Shown here: in pieces, positions 27,816 to 36,347 of the stretch
Numbering within the stretch: the stretch's first letter is position 1
Layout: the number at the start of each line of letters is the position of its first letter
Source of the DNA: Candidatus Krumholzibacteriia bacterium
GTDB taxonomy: Bacteria > Krumholzibacteriota > Krumholzibacteriia > G020349025
Assembly (NCBI GenBank): GCA_035649435.1
Contig: DASRJO010000105.1
Location: 3,301 to 67,300, forward strand
DNA: 64,000 nt
Direction of reading: 5' to 3'
Notes under the pieces: model-generated
The model's input: only the letters and a program-made list of their open reading frames with translations
The model's database searches: none
Told to the model about the DNA's origin: nothing
Program-made: the position numbers and the translations under genes

Positions 27816-28370
27816 TCACCGCGACTCACCTCGGCTCTTGCGGTCTTTCTGGAACAGGTAGACGCCGATGGCGATGAGGCCGAGCGGCCACCACTCCTCC
27901 AACCAGTACAGGTCCATGTCGAAGCGCGTGTGCAGCAGGAACAGCGCGCCCATGCCGATCAGGAACAAGCCGCCGGTCATCGAACCACGATTGCGCGGCA
28001 GCTCGAACGGCGGCAGGCCTTGGCTCCCAGCCTGATCGAGCGCCAGGTTGTAGAGAGACGCTCGCCGCGCCCCGTCGACGAAGTTGTACAGAACGAAGAA
28101 TGCCAACGACAAGGCGAGCAGCGGCGTGAGCCCACCGGCTCCTCCGGCCAGGATCGTGACCAGCGAAGCGAAGATGAGGATGTGCAAGAAGCCCACCTGG
28201 TAGTAGCCGACGTAGATGTGACCCAAGCCCGGGAATCCGGACAACAGCGTGGCGAGCACCACGCTCTTGCGGCGCGGATCGACGCGCGGTGACCACGCGG
28301 GTGGCGCCGGCGGACGCGGCTCGGCGCCTGCTTCGATGAAACCGGGACCTCTCTCTTCCATTGCATTCAT
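27816..28370 (-). CDS. Membrane protein (TM2-like N-part, LiaF/DUF5668-like C-part), last gene of ECF module 2
   Basis: Start MNAMEERG has GGAGG 8 nt upstream. It has about 4 TM segments (LLSGFPGLGHIYVGYY, FLHILIFASLVTILAG, LLALSLAFFVLYNF, LFLIGMGALFLLH...WWPLGLIAIGVYLF). Confidence 0.55.
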   Translation of the reverse strand: MNAMEERGPGFIEAGAEPRPPAPPAWSPRVDPRRKSVVLATLLSGFPGLGHIYVGYYQVGFLHILIFASLVTILAGGAGGLTPLLALSLAFFVLYNFVDGARRASLYNLALDQAGSQGLPPFELPRNRGSMTGGLFLIGMGALFLLHTRFDMDLYWLEEWWPLGLIAIGVYLFQKDRKSRGESR

Positions 28371-28395
28371 GACGAGCACCTCCAAGTGTGGGGAA

Positions 28396-29310
28396 TCATC
28401 GCGGCTCTGGGTTCGGGGTCGCTTGCCGATCGCTGGCGAAGGCGGTATCCAACGTGACGCGCAACGCCTGCAACGCATGAGAAAGTTGCGCCAAGTTGCC
28501 GCTCCGAATTCCCGCCCGAGCTTCCGTCAGGTCGGCGCGCACCGCTTCCCAATTGCCGGCCGCGGTCGGATGCGCGCGCAAGAATTCTTGCTGGCGCGCC
28601 GCGGCGGCGTTCTGGATACGGCCGCCCGTGCCGGCCCAAAGGCTCGAGGTCCAGTTGTCCATCACCGGTTCGAATCGCTGCACCGCCGCTGGGATCCCGC
28701 CGCCGAGCTGGATCACCGCCAGCGCATGCTGCGGCAGCGGGCGGAGCGGCGAGAATGGCAAGCCACAGAGCAACATCAGCAGGAAACACGCGGCGGTGGC
28801 GAACTCCCACGCCAGGCGCGGACGCGCCGCGAGGTGTCGCCACGTGCTGGCGAGCCGTTCACCCAGCGCATGGCTGGCGCGCGGCCGAGTGCGTGTCGCC
28901 GCCAGGACGGCGAGGGTGAATTCGGCTCCAGGATCCGCCAGTGCGAGGGCCGGAAGATCACGACGCAGCGCGGCGAGAACGACCGCGAGCGCGGCGCAAC
29001 TCTGGCAATGCCGCAGGTGCACGTCGACGAGGGCTGCATCGTCCCGCAACAAGGCACCGTCGACGTGATCTGGAAGCTGCGACTGCGCGCGCACACACGT
29101 CGAACCGGTGGTGCGCTGCAGCAGCGACGCGACGAAGGCCTCGGTGTCCGCGTCGGTCTTCGATTCCGATCCGGGTGCGTGCATGGCTTCCAGAACGCCG
29201 GCGCAGCGCTCGCATTGCGACGCGTGGTTTTGCATCTCGGCGCGGGCGTCGACGACGAGCTCGCCGGCCATGAAGGCGTCGAGCTGGACCATGAATGCTG
29301 CGCAATGCAT
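28396..29310 (-). CDS. Anti-sigma factor (zf-HC2-like) with TM segment and periplasmic helical domain (module 2)
   Basis: Start MHCAAFMVQLDAFMAGEL has GGGAGG upstream. Cys/His motifs are HASQCERCAGV and HLRHCQSCAAL. The TM is WEFATAACFLLMLLCGLPF. It lies 11 nt after the sigma stop. Confidence 0.65.
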   Translation of the reverse strand: MHCAAFMVQLDAFMAGELVVDARAEMQNHASQCERCAGVLEAMHAPGSESKTDADTEAFVASLLQRTTGSTCVRAQSQLPDHVDGALLRDDAALVDVHLRHCQSCAALAVVLAALRRDLPALALADPGAEFTLAVLAATRTRPRASHALGERLASTWRHLAARPRLAWEFATAACFLLMLLCGLPFSPLRPLPQHALAVIQLGGGIPAAVQRFEPVMDNWTSSLWAGTGGRIQNAAAARQQEFLRAHPTAAGNWEAVRADLTEARAGIRSGNLAQLSHALQALRVTLDTAFASDRQATPNPEPR

Positions 29311-29321
29311 GACGCCTCCCC

Positions 29322-29891
29322 TCAGTGTTCGCGTCCGTAATCGCCGCCGGAAAGCGCCTGCACCTTGCGCGCGAGCTCGATCCGGGCGCGATTGCCGCGC
29401 GACTTCACCGTGCCCACCGGCACGCCGAGAATGTGCGCGGTCTCCTCGACCGAGAGACCGTGGATCTCGCGCAACAACAGGATCTCGCGATTCAATTCCG
29501 ACAGCGCGCGCAGTGCCAGATGCAGCAAGCGCTTGCGACCCTCCTCGTGCCAGCTCTCCTCGGCGCCGCGAGTGGTCGCGGCGAGCGGCAGGGCGCCATC
29601 GGCGGGCACGTCGTGCGCTGGAGGGCGGGCGCGCCGGCGACGCAGGTGATCGATACAGGCGTTGCGCGCGATGCGGATCATCCACGGCAGGAAGCGCGAG
29701 GCCTCGTCGCAGCGATGCAGGTTCTGGTAGATGCGGATGAAGATTTCCTGCGCCACGTCGCGCGCCTCCTCGGCGTTGCCCACGTAATGCAACGCGATGG
29801 CATGGACGCGGGGCTGGAACTGGCGCACGAGGGCCTCCCAGGCCAGCTCGTTGCCGTCCCGACAGCGCGCGAGTAGGGTCGCCAGCTCCAT
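29322..29891 (-). CDS. ECF-type RNA polymerase sigma factor (module 2)
   Basis: It starts at MELATLLARCRDGNE. Region 2 reads ARDVAQEIFIRIYQNL and WMIRIARNACIDHLRRR. Region 4 reads REILLLREIHGLSVEETAHILGVPVGTVKSRGNRARIEL. Confidence 0.85.
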   Translation of the reverse strand: MELATLLARCRDGNELAWEALVRQFQPRVHAIALHYVGNAEEARDVAQEIFIRIYQNLHRCDEASRFLPWMIRIARNACIDHLRRRRARPPAHDVPADGALPLAATTRGAEESWHEEGRKRLLHLALRALSELNREILLLREIHGLSVEETAHILGVPVGTVKSRGNRARIELARKVQALSGGDYGREH

Positions 29892-29956
29892 ATCGGCATT
29901 CCCGTTCTCCCCGCCTTGCGCCGTCGCGTCGCGGGACCAAAGCGTCTGCCTAGGAA

Positions 29957-29982
29957 AACGCACGGCGGCGGGCCCCGGTTCG
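29957..29982 (-). promoter_or_regulatory. Weak candidate ECF-type promoter upstream of sigma module 2
   Basis: The minus strand reads CGAACC-N16-CGTT, about 65 nt upstream of the start. It overlaps a CCCCGGT/ACCGGGG hairpin. Confidence 0.25.
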
Positions 29983-30062
29983 CTCCGTACCGGGGACGCG
30001 CCGCGTGCCAACCCATGGAGTGTAGCAAGTCGAAGTCTGGTAGGCGCTTGCGCTATCTGCGC

Positions 30063-31556
30063 TCAGCCGCCGTGGTCGCTTTTGGGCTGGCGCAGCACCA
30101 GGGACCGCCTCGCCTCGCCGCGACGAATCTGGAGCCGCACACCCTGTTCGAGATCGCCCTTGTCGACCGCCGACTCGAACTCGCGCGCGCTCGAGACGGG
30201 TTGGCCCTGGACGCTCAGAATGATGTCCCCGCGGGCGAGACCCGCGCGGCTGGCGGTGCTGAGCGGCTCGACCTCCGTGACCATGACTCCGGCGACCTCC
30301 TCGTCGAGCCCAGCACGGCGCGCGAGCTCCGGAGTCAGCGTCCGGACGCCGACGCCGAGATCGGAGACTTCGGGTTCGGCGGCAGGGTGTTCGTTGGAGG
30401 CGGTTTCCGCCTCGTCCACCTCGATGCGCAGCGCCTTGCTCGCACGATCGCGCCACACCTCGACATCGGTCTTCGTCCCGGGGCGTGTGGCGGCGACGAG
30501 CGAGCGCAACTCGGTCACGTTCGCCACCTTTTTCCCATCGAAGCTCACGATGATGTCGTCGGCACGCATGCCAGCGCGCGCAGCGGGGCTGCCCGACACG
30601 ACGTTGTTGACCAGAACACCGGTCTTGCCGGTGTAGTCGAGGGAACTGGCCAGGTCGGCATTGACGTCCTGGATCTCGACCCCGAGCCATCCACGCACGA
30701 CGCGGCCTTCCTTGATCAGGCTGGTCATGATCGACTGCGCCATGTTCGCCGGGATGGCGAAGCCGATCCCCATGCCCCCGCCCGTGCGCGACATGATCGC
30801 CGTGTTGATGCCCACGACCTCCCCGCGCAGGTTGACCAGTGGGCCACCGCTGTTGCCGGGGTTGATCGCTGCGTCGGTCTGGATGAAGTCCTCGTACTCG
30901 GCGATGCGCACGTCGTTCCTGCCCTTGGCGCTCACGATCCCGGCGCTGATCGAGCTCGACAAGCCGAACGGATTGCCCACCGCCACCACCCACTCGCCGA
31001 CCCGCAACGCGTCGGAGTCGCCGAGCTTGGCGGGTTTCAGGTTCTTGGCGTCGATGCGCAACACCGCGAGGTCCGTCTTCGGGTCGGTGCCGACGACCTT
31101 GGCGGTGTATTCGGTGTCGTCCGACATGATCACCGTGACCTCGTCGGCCTGGTCGACGACATGGTTGTTGGTGAGGATGGTGCCATCGGCGGCGACGATG
31201 ACGCCACTGCCGAGCCCGCGGGCCTCGTAGTCGCGTCCGCCGCCGCCGGGGCCGAAGAAGCGCTCAAAGAATTCGCCACCCAAGTCGGGCAAATCGCCGC
31301 GTTGGTTGGCGCGCACGCGGCGCGCCGAGCGAATGCTGACCACGGACGGCTGGATCGTGGTGGCGATGTTTTCGAATGCGGCGGAAAGATCCTGCGCCGC
31401 GCTCAACGCGCGTTCGGTGGGGGTCGCGGCGGGAGTCGGATCCGCGTGCACGGTCGACGCGGTGTCGGGCGTGAACGTGGTGACGGCGCCGAGCGCCAGT
31501 GCCGCGCCGGCAGCGCCGATGACGAGAGCAGTGAGCGAGCGTCGGATGCGATTCAT
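30063..31556 (-). CDS. htrA: DegP/DegQ/HtrA-family periplasmic serine endoprotease with two PDZ domains
   Basis: Catalytic triad contexts are TNNHVV, DLAVLRI and GNSGGPLVN. Two PDZ-like regions follow (GVLVNNVVSGSPAARAGMRADDIIVSFDG and GVMVTEVEPLSTASRAGLARGDIILSVQG). There is an N-terminal signal. Confidence 0.92.
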   Translation of the reverse strand: MNRIRRSLTALVIGAAGAALALGAVTTFTPDTASTVHADPTPAATPTERALSAAQDLSAAFENIATTIQPSVVSIRSARRVRANQRGDLPDLGGEFFERFFGPGGGGRDYEARGLGSGVIVAADGTILTNNHVVDQADEVTVIMSDDTEYTAKVVGTDPKTDLAVLRIDAKNLKPAKLGDSDALRVGEWVVAVGNPFGLSSSISAGIVSAKGRNDVRIAEYEDFIQTDAAINPGNSGGPLVNLRGEVVGINTAIMSRTGGGMGIGFAIPANMAQSIMTSLIKEGRVVRGWLGVEIQDVNADLASSLDYTGKTGVLVNNVVSGSPAARAGMRADDIIVSFDGKKVANVTELRSLVAATRPGTKTDVEVWRDRASKALRIEVDEAETASNEHPAAEPEVSDLGVGVRTLTPELARRAGLDEEVAGVMVTEVEPLSTASRAGLARGDIILSVQGQPVSSAREFESAVDKGDLEQGVRLQIRRGEARRSLVLRQPKSDHGG

Positions 31557-31761
31557 GGGGGTTCCTCCAGTAGGGAAGGGCCCGCGAGTTCCTTGGACGG
31601 GCCGTAAAGGCTCGATGTCATCTTTACCCGGGGCGTCTCGTTCCAGTTCCGCGTCTCCGCGGCCCCTTCCCGGCCCGCGCTCTGCGGCGGCGCGGCTCCC
31701 GTTCCGCCTGGAGCCCGAGGCGCGTCCTTGGTGTTACGGTTGCCGCCGGGAGGTGGAGCCC

Positions 31762-32178
31762 ATGGCCTACTGGCTGCTCAAGGCCGACCCAGACGACTTC
31801 GGTTTCGCCGAGCTCGAGCGTGAGCGGAGGAGCGTCTGGGACGGTGTGTCGAACCCTCTGGCGCTCAAGCATATGCGCGCGGCGCGCCGCGGTGACTTGG
31901 CGCTCGTCTACCACACCGGCAAGGAAAAGGCCGTCGTCGGTCTGGCCACGATCGTGTCGGATCCCTACCCGGATCCGCGCCTAGATGATGCGCGCCGCGT
32001 CGTCTTCGATGTCGCGCCCCAGGCGCGACTCGCGCGGTCGCTGCCATTGGCGGCGGTCCGTGCCGATCCGCAGTTCCGCGACTTCGCGCTGGTGCGGATG
32101 CCGCGCCTGTCGGTGATGCCGGTGCCCGCGCCGTTGTGGAAGCGTTTGCTCTCGATGGCAGGCGAGAAGAAGCCGTGA
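31762..32178 (+). CDS. EVE (DUF55 / PUA-like) domain protein
   Basis: MAYWLLKADPDDF, WDGVSNPLALKHMRAARRGDLALVYHTG and AVVGLATIVSDPYPDP are typical EVE-domain motifs. Confidence 0.8.
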   Translation: MAYWLLKADPDDFGFAELERERRSVWDGVSNPLALKHMRAARRGDLALVYHTGKEKAVVGLATIVSDPYPDPRLDDARRVVFDVAPQARLARSLPLAAVRADPQFRDFALVRMPRLSVMPVPAPLWKRLLSMAGEKKP

Positions 32179-32235
32179 AACGAATCGGGGTGGAGCCTGT
32201 GCTCCACCCCGAGGAATCGACGACCGAGGTTTGAC

Positions 32236-34368
32236 TCAGCTCTCGGCCTTGGCGAACTTGTCGGCGGGAATGACATCGGTGAGCGACAGCTTGGATGTTT
32301 CGGACTGGAGGAAGAGCTTGCCGTCCTGATGGATCACGGTCTTGTGCGGCAGCTTGACCGCGCCCACAGTCTTGTAGTTGTGCAGGAACTCCTCCTGATC
32401 CACCGGGCTGCCCTGGATGCTCTTGCCGCGGTAATCCATCTTCACCACGAGGTGCGAGGTCTTGTCGACGTAGACCTTGAACTTCTTGCTAGCGCGCGGC
32501 GGGGTCAGCAGCAGCACGTCGGCGGGGGCGCCGTCGACTTTGCCTTCTTCGAGATACTGCGCGCTGTAGCTTTCGTAGTCGCGCAGGAAGGAGATGAGCT
32601 CGCGCGCCAGGTCGTCCTCGAATTCCTGCATCTCGGCCTCGTCGAGCGTCTTCGACCCCCCCATGCCCTTGGCGAAGCCGGACTTGCCCTCGCGGTTGTA
32701 GACCTGGACCATGTTCTGTCCCATGACGGCAATCTCGAGGCGCAGATTGCCGGGATACTGCACGTAGCGCGTCGCTTTCGCTTCCATCTGTTGGCCCATG
32801 ACGTTGAGCTGAACGTTCTGGGATTCGGTGAGGTAGCTGATCTTGGCGAGCGCCTCCACGCCGCCCACCGCCTTCGCGGCCTGGGCCAGCACCTCCTGCC
32901 CCTTGGTCAGCATGGCCGGCGTGGCCGCGGGGAACTCGGCCGCCTTGGGCTCGGGAATGGTGATGTCGATGGTGTTGACCGTGCCGAGCGCAGTCAACTG
33001 CTCGTCGAATGCCTCCGGCTTGCCCACGACCAGCAGGGCGAAGTTCTCCGGCTGCAGGAAGCTCGAGGCGACACGCTGCACGTCAGCGACCGTCACCTTG
33101 GCCACTTCGGTGGCGAAGCGCTCGAGGTAATCGGCCGGGTAACCCCAGCGGGCATAGTTCATCTGCCGGGTGACGATGCCGCCCTTGTCGGCGAAGTTGA
33201 AGACGTAGGAGTTGAGCAGGCCGTCCTTGGCGCGCTTGAGCTCGGCGTCGGTGACCGCTGTGTTCTTCATGCGCTTGACTTCTTCGATGCAAGCGCGCGC
33301 GGCTTTCACCGTGGTCTCTGACTTGGTGCCGCACACGACCTGGAACATGCCGGGGTAGGCGAGCTCGGCACCGAGACGGCTGCCGACGCGATAGGCAAGG
33401 CCCTGGCGCGAGCGCACTTCGTTGAACAGGCGCGAGCCGAGGCCACCGCCGAGCAGCTCGTTCATCACGACGAGAGCGAAGTAATCCGGATGGTCCGCCT
33501 TCACACCGCGGTGGCCGAACCGGAGGTTGGACTGCGTGACGCTTTCCTTGACCACCAGGTTGAACGATTGCTGCACGTCGGGAGTCTCCGGGATCGGCAT
33601 CTGCTGCACGGCCTGCTTCGGCCAGGTGCCGAGAGTGCGCTGCAGCGACTGCACGATCTCGTCACGTGAGAAGTCACCCCAGACGGCGACGTATGCCTCG
33701 GCCGGGTGAAACCACTTCTTGTGGAAGCTCTGCAGATCCTCGCGCGTGATGCGCGCCAAGTGCTCGTACTCCACTTGCGCTGCGAAGGGATGCCCCTTGC
33801 CCCAGAGGATCTTGTTGAACTCGCGATCGGCGATGTCGCTGGGGTCGTCGTTGCGCCGCGAGATTCCCGACCGCGCCTGCGTCAACGCCAGGTCGAGCTT
33901 GTCCTGAGGGAACGCCGGCTGCAGCAGCAGATCGCGCACGATCTCCAGCACCCGGTCGGTATCCTCGACCAGCGCGTTGACGGTGATCTCGGTGGTCAAG
34001 TTGCCGGTCGAGATCTCGATGGACGCACCGCGGCCCTCGAGCAGCTCGTCGAGCGCATCGCCGGCCAGCTTTTCCGACCCCCCCGAGCGCAGGACTTCGG
34101 CCGTGATGCCCGGCAGGCCCAGCTGCTCCTTGGGCGCATTCGCCTCGCCCGCGCGCAGGCTCAAGGTCATGCGGAACAGCGGCAGCTCGTGGTCTTCGAG
34201 CACGAAGAGCTGGATGCCGTTGTCGAGTGCTTGCCGGTGCACCGGCGGCACGTTGATGCGATTCAGCTCGGGAGCCTTGATCTTCTCCCACTTCTTGGCG
34301 GCGAACGCAGCGCCTGGGCACAGGAAGAGCCCGGTGAGCGCCGCCAGGAAGAACCGTCGTGTGTTCAT
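32236..34368 (-). CDS. M16-family peptidase-like protein lacking HxxEH (non-catalytic partner) fused to an extra C-terminal domain of about 220 aa
   Basis: Start MNTRRFFLAALTGLFLCPGAAFA is a signal peptide. The body is M16-like, but the zinc-motif position reads GLPGITAEVLRSGG. The C-terminal about 220 aa (KISYLTESQNVQLNVMG...KVDYRGKSIQGSPV...) is beta-rich and LolA/outer-membrane-lipoprotein-carrier-like by eye. Confidence 0.7.
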   Translation of the reverse strand: MNTRRFFLAALTGLFLCPGAAFAAKKWEKIKAPELNRINVPPVHRQALDNGIQLFVLEDHELPLFRMTLSLRAGEANAPKEQLGLPGITAEVLRSGGSEKLAGDALDELLEGRGASIEISTGNLTTEITVNALVEDTDRVLEIVRDLLLQPAFPQDKLDLALTQARSGISRRNDDPSDIADREFNKILWGKGHPFAAQVEYEHLARITREDLQSFHKKWFHPAEAYVAVWGDFSRDEIVQSLQRTLGTWPKQAVQQMPIPETPDVQQSFNLVVKESVTQSNLRFGHRGVKADHPDYFALVVMNELLGGGLGSRLFNEVRSRQGLAYRVGSRLGAELAYPGMFQVVCGTKSETTVKAARACIEEVKRMKNTAVTDAELKRAKDGLLNSYVFNFADKGGIVTRQMNYARWGYPADYLERFATEVAKVTVADVQRVASSFLQPENFALLVVGKPEAFDEQLTALGTVNTIDITIPEPKAAEFPAATPAMLTKGQEVLAQAAKAVGGVEALAKISYLTESQNVQLNVMGQQMEAKATRYVQYPGNLRLEIAVMGQNMVQVYNREGKSGFAKGMGGSKTLDEAEMQEFEDDLARELISFLRDYESYSAQYLEEGKVDGAPADVLLLTPPRASKKFKVYVDKTSHLVVKMDYRGKSIQGSPVDQEEFLHNYKTVGAVKLPHKTVIHQDGKLFLQSETSKLSLTDVIPADKFAKAES

Positions 34369-34400
34369 GATCTCTTCTTCTCCTCGTCGGCTTGCGGGAT

Positions 34401-35981
34401 TCACTTGCCAGCGTCTGATTGGGCGCGGCGGTCGTCGGTGACCATGGCGCCGATCGTGGCGTTCTTCCGCGTCAGGTATTTCTTCGCCATGGCTTGGACG
34501 TCCTCACGCGTCACTTGTTCGATGCGGCCGACCTCGTCGAAGAGCTTTTCCCAGCCGCCGCGCAGAATCTCGAACGCGGCCAGCTGGCCAGCCAGCCCCG
34601 AGTTGTCCTCGATGCCGCGGATGAACTCGGCGCGGACCTCGGTCTTGACGCGCGCCAGCTCTTCGTCGCCGATCAGCTCGTCTTGCAGGCGCTTGATCTC
34701 TTCCCAGCCAGCCTTCTCGATCGCTTCCGGTGTGTGGCCCGAGTTCGGGATGGCGAAGACGATGAACAAGCTCGGATACTTGTTGCCCGGGAACTCGGGG
34801 AAGGCGCCGGCGAACAGCGCGCTCTTTTCCTTCTTCACGCAGCGCTCGAACAAGCGCGAGGTCCGCCCTTGGCCGAGAACGCGGGCCAGCACTGCGAGCT
34901 TCGGATCGTCGTCGTCCGTCGTGCTCGGGCGATGGAACCCCATGGCGAAGATGGGCTGGGTGTCGCCCTGGAGGGTGAAGCGGCGCTCGCCGTTCTGTTC
35001 GGGCTCGACCGTGTGCACGGGCATCGGATCCGGCCGGCGCGGAATGCCGGCGAAGTAGCGTTGTGCCAGCTTTTGCACCTCGGCGGGGTCGACATCGCCG
35101 ACGAGCGCGACCACCATGTTTTGCGGCGTGTAGTACGTGTCGAAGAACCACTCGGCGGCGTCGAGGCGCAGATTGTCCAGGTCGGCGCGGTGGCCGATCC
35201 CCAGATTCTTGTACGGATGGGCCCGGTAGGCCACGCCCACCATCTCCTCGATGAACTGGCCGAACGGCTGCGAGTCGATGCGCATGTTGCGTTCCTCGAT
35301 GACGACGTCGCGTTCCTTGTAATACTCGCGGAACACCGGCTTGGTGAAGCGCGCCGCCTCGAGGTATGCCCACAGCTCCAGCTTGTTCGACGGCATGCTG
35401 TAGTAGTAGTAGGTGCCGTCAGAAGCGGTGCTGGCGTTCAACCCCACACCGCCGGCTTGATCGATGATCTGGCTGAACTCGTTGGACTCGACGTAGCTAT
35501 CGGCCTGATCCTGGAGACTCTTGATCTCCTTTTCGAGCTGCGCGATGCGCTCTGGGTTGGTGCGCTCGCCTTTGAGGCGCTCGGCGTACAACTCCATGAA
35601 CAACGCGTCGATTTTCTCGATCAGCTTCGATTCCTTGCCGAAATCCTTGGCGCCGATTTCCTCGGTGCCCTTGAAGGCCATGTGCTCGAACATGTGCGCG
35701 AGACCCGTTTGACCCATGGGCTCGTCGACGGACCCGGCATTCACGTGCGTCATGAAACTGAATACGGGAACATCGTGACGCTCGAGGACGATGAAGCGCA
35801 GTCCGTTCTCGAGTGTGAACTCGGTCACCTTCGATTTAAGGGCGCTCGGGTCCCAGTCGGCGGACGATTTGCCCGCCTGCGCTGCCGGAGCAAACGCCAG
35901 CAACACGACGAGACACACAATCAAGACGCCGCTTCGCTGTGTTCCCCAGCGCGGGGTGGCGGCGCTTCGACGATTCGACAT
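34401..35981 (-). CDS. M16 (pitrilysin/insulinase) family zinc peptidase, catalytic subunit
   Basis: The inverted zinc motif HxxEH is present in GLAHMFEHMAFKG. The start MSNRR has AGGAG upstream, and a signal sequence LIVCLVVLLAFAPAAQA follows. Confidence 0.85.
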   Translation of the reverse strand: MSNRRSAATPRWGTQRSGVLIVCLVVLLAFAPAAQAGKSSADWDPSALKSKVTEFTLENGLRFIVLERHDVPVFSFMTHVNAGSVDEPMGQTGLAHMFEHMAFKGTEEIGAKDFGKESKLIEKIDALFMELYAERLKGERTNPERIAQLEKEIKSLQDQADSYVESNEFSQIIDQAGGVGLNASTASDGTYYYYSMPSNKLELWAYLEAARFTKPVFREYYKERDVVIEERNMRIDSQPFGQFIEEMVGVAYRAHPYKNLGIGHRADLDNLRLDAAEWFFDTYYTPQNMVVALVGDVDPAEVQKLAQRYFAGIPRRPDPMPVHTVEPEQNGERRFTLQGDTQPIFAMGFHRPSTTDDDDPKLAVLARVLGQGRTSRLFERCVKKEKSALFAGAFPEFPGNKYPSLFIVFAIPNSGHTPEAIEKAGWEEIKRLQDELIGDEELARVKTEVRAEFIRGIEDNSGLAGQLAAFEILRGGWEKLFDEVGRIEQVTREDVQAMAKKYLTRKNATIGAMVTDDRRAQSDAGK

Positions 35982-36136
35982 CGGGGCTCCTTTGCGTTCT
36001 AGATCCAGCGCCTCACGAGCGCGCGTCTTCGCGGCCCCGCGGCTCGGCCGCGATGGCGCGTGCACCCTCGGTGCGTCCAGGGGCGACCATGGTAGCGCAA
36101 GTCGGCAGCGGCCGCGTGGGAGCAGCACATACGAAG

Positions 36137-36149
36137 TTAAATTATTTAA
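36137..36149. promoter_or_regulatory. AT-only palindrome TTAAAT-T-ATTTAA within an AT-rich island of about 40 nt in a divergent promoter region
   Basis: Perfect 6-bp arms. The surrounding 36131-36170 is strikingly AT-rich for this genome. It lies between the M16 operon (minus) and the PPIase gene (plus). Confidence 0.3.
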
Positions 36150-36347
36150 TCATCAATACTTACGGTGATACCCCACGACGGTCCGCGTCGGCCGCCCGGC
36201 GACTCCTTCTTTGTTGTACGCAGACTCCTGCCCGCGGGATTCTGCGGAATGATTAGAATGAGGCCCGTCGGAATTGTGGAGATCGACTCGGTTCGGGATC
36301 TTCCCCCAGGCGTCGCGTGTACACCGGCTCGGGAAGAAGGGTGCGAC

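Noticed and set aside
28396-29940. 514-aa ORF treated as one gene
   Set aside because: Its N-terminal about 210 codons overlap the ECF sigma gene out of frame. An internal ATG at 29310 with GGGAGG upstream gives a proper zf-HC2 anti-sigma start 11 nt after the sigma stop.
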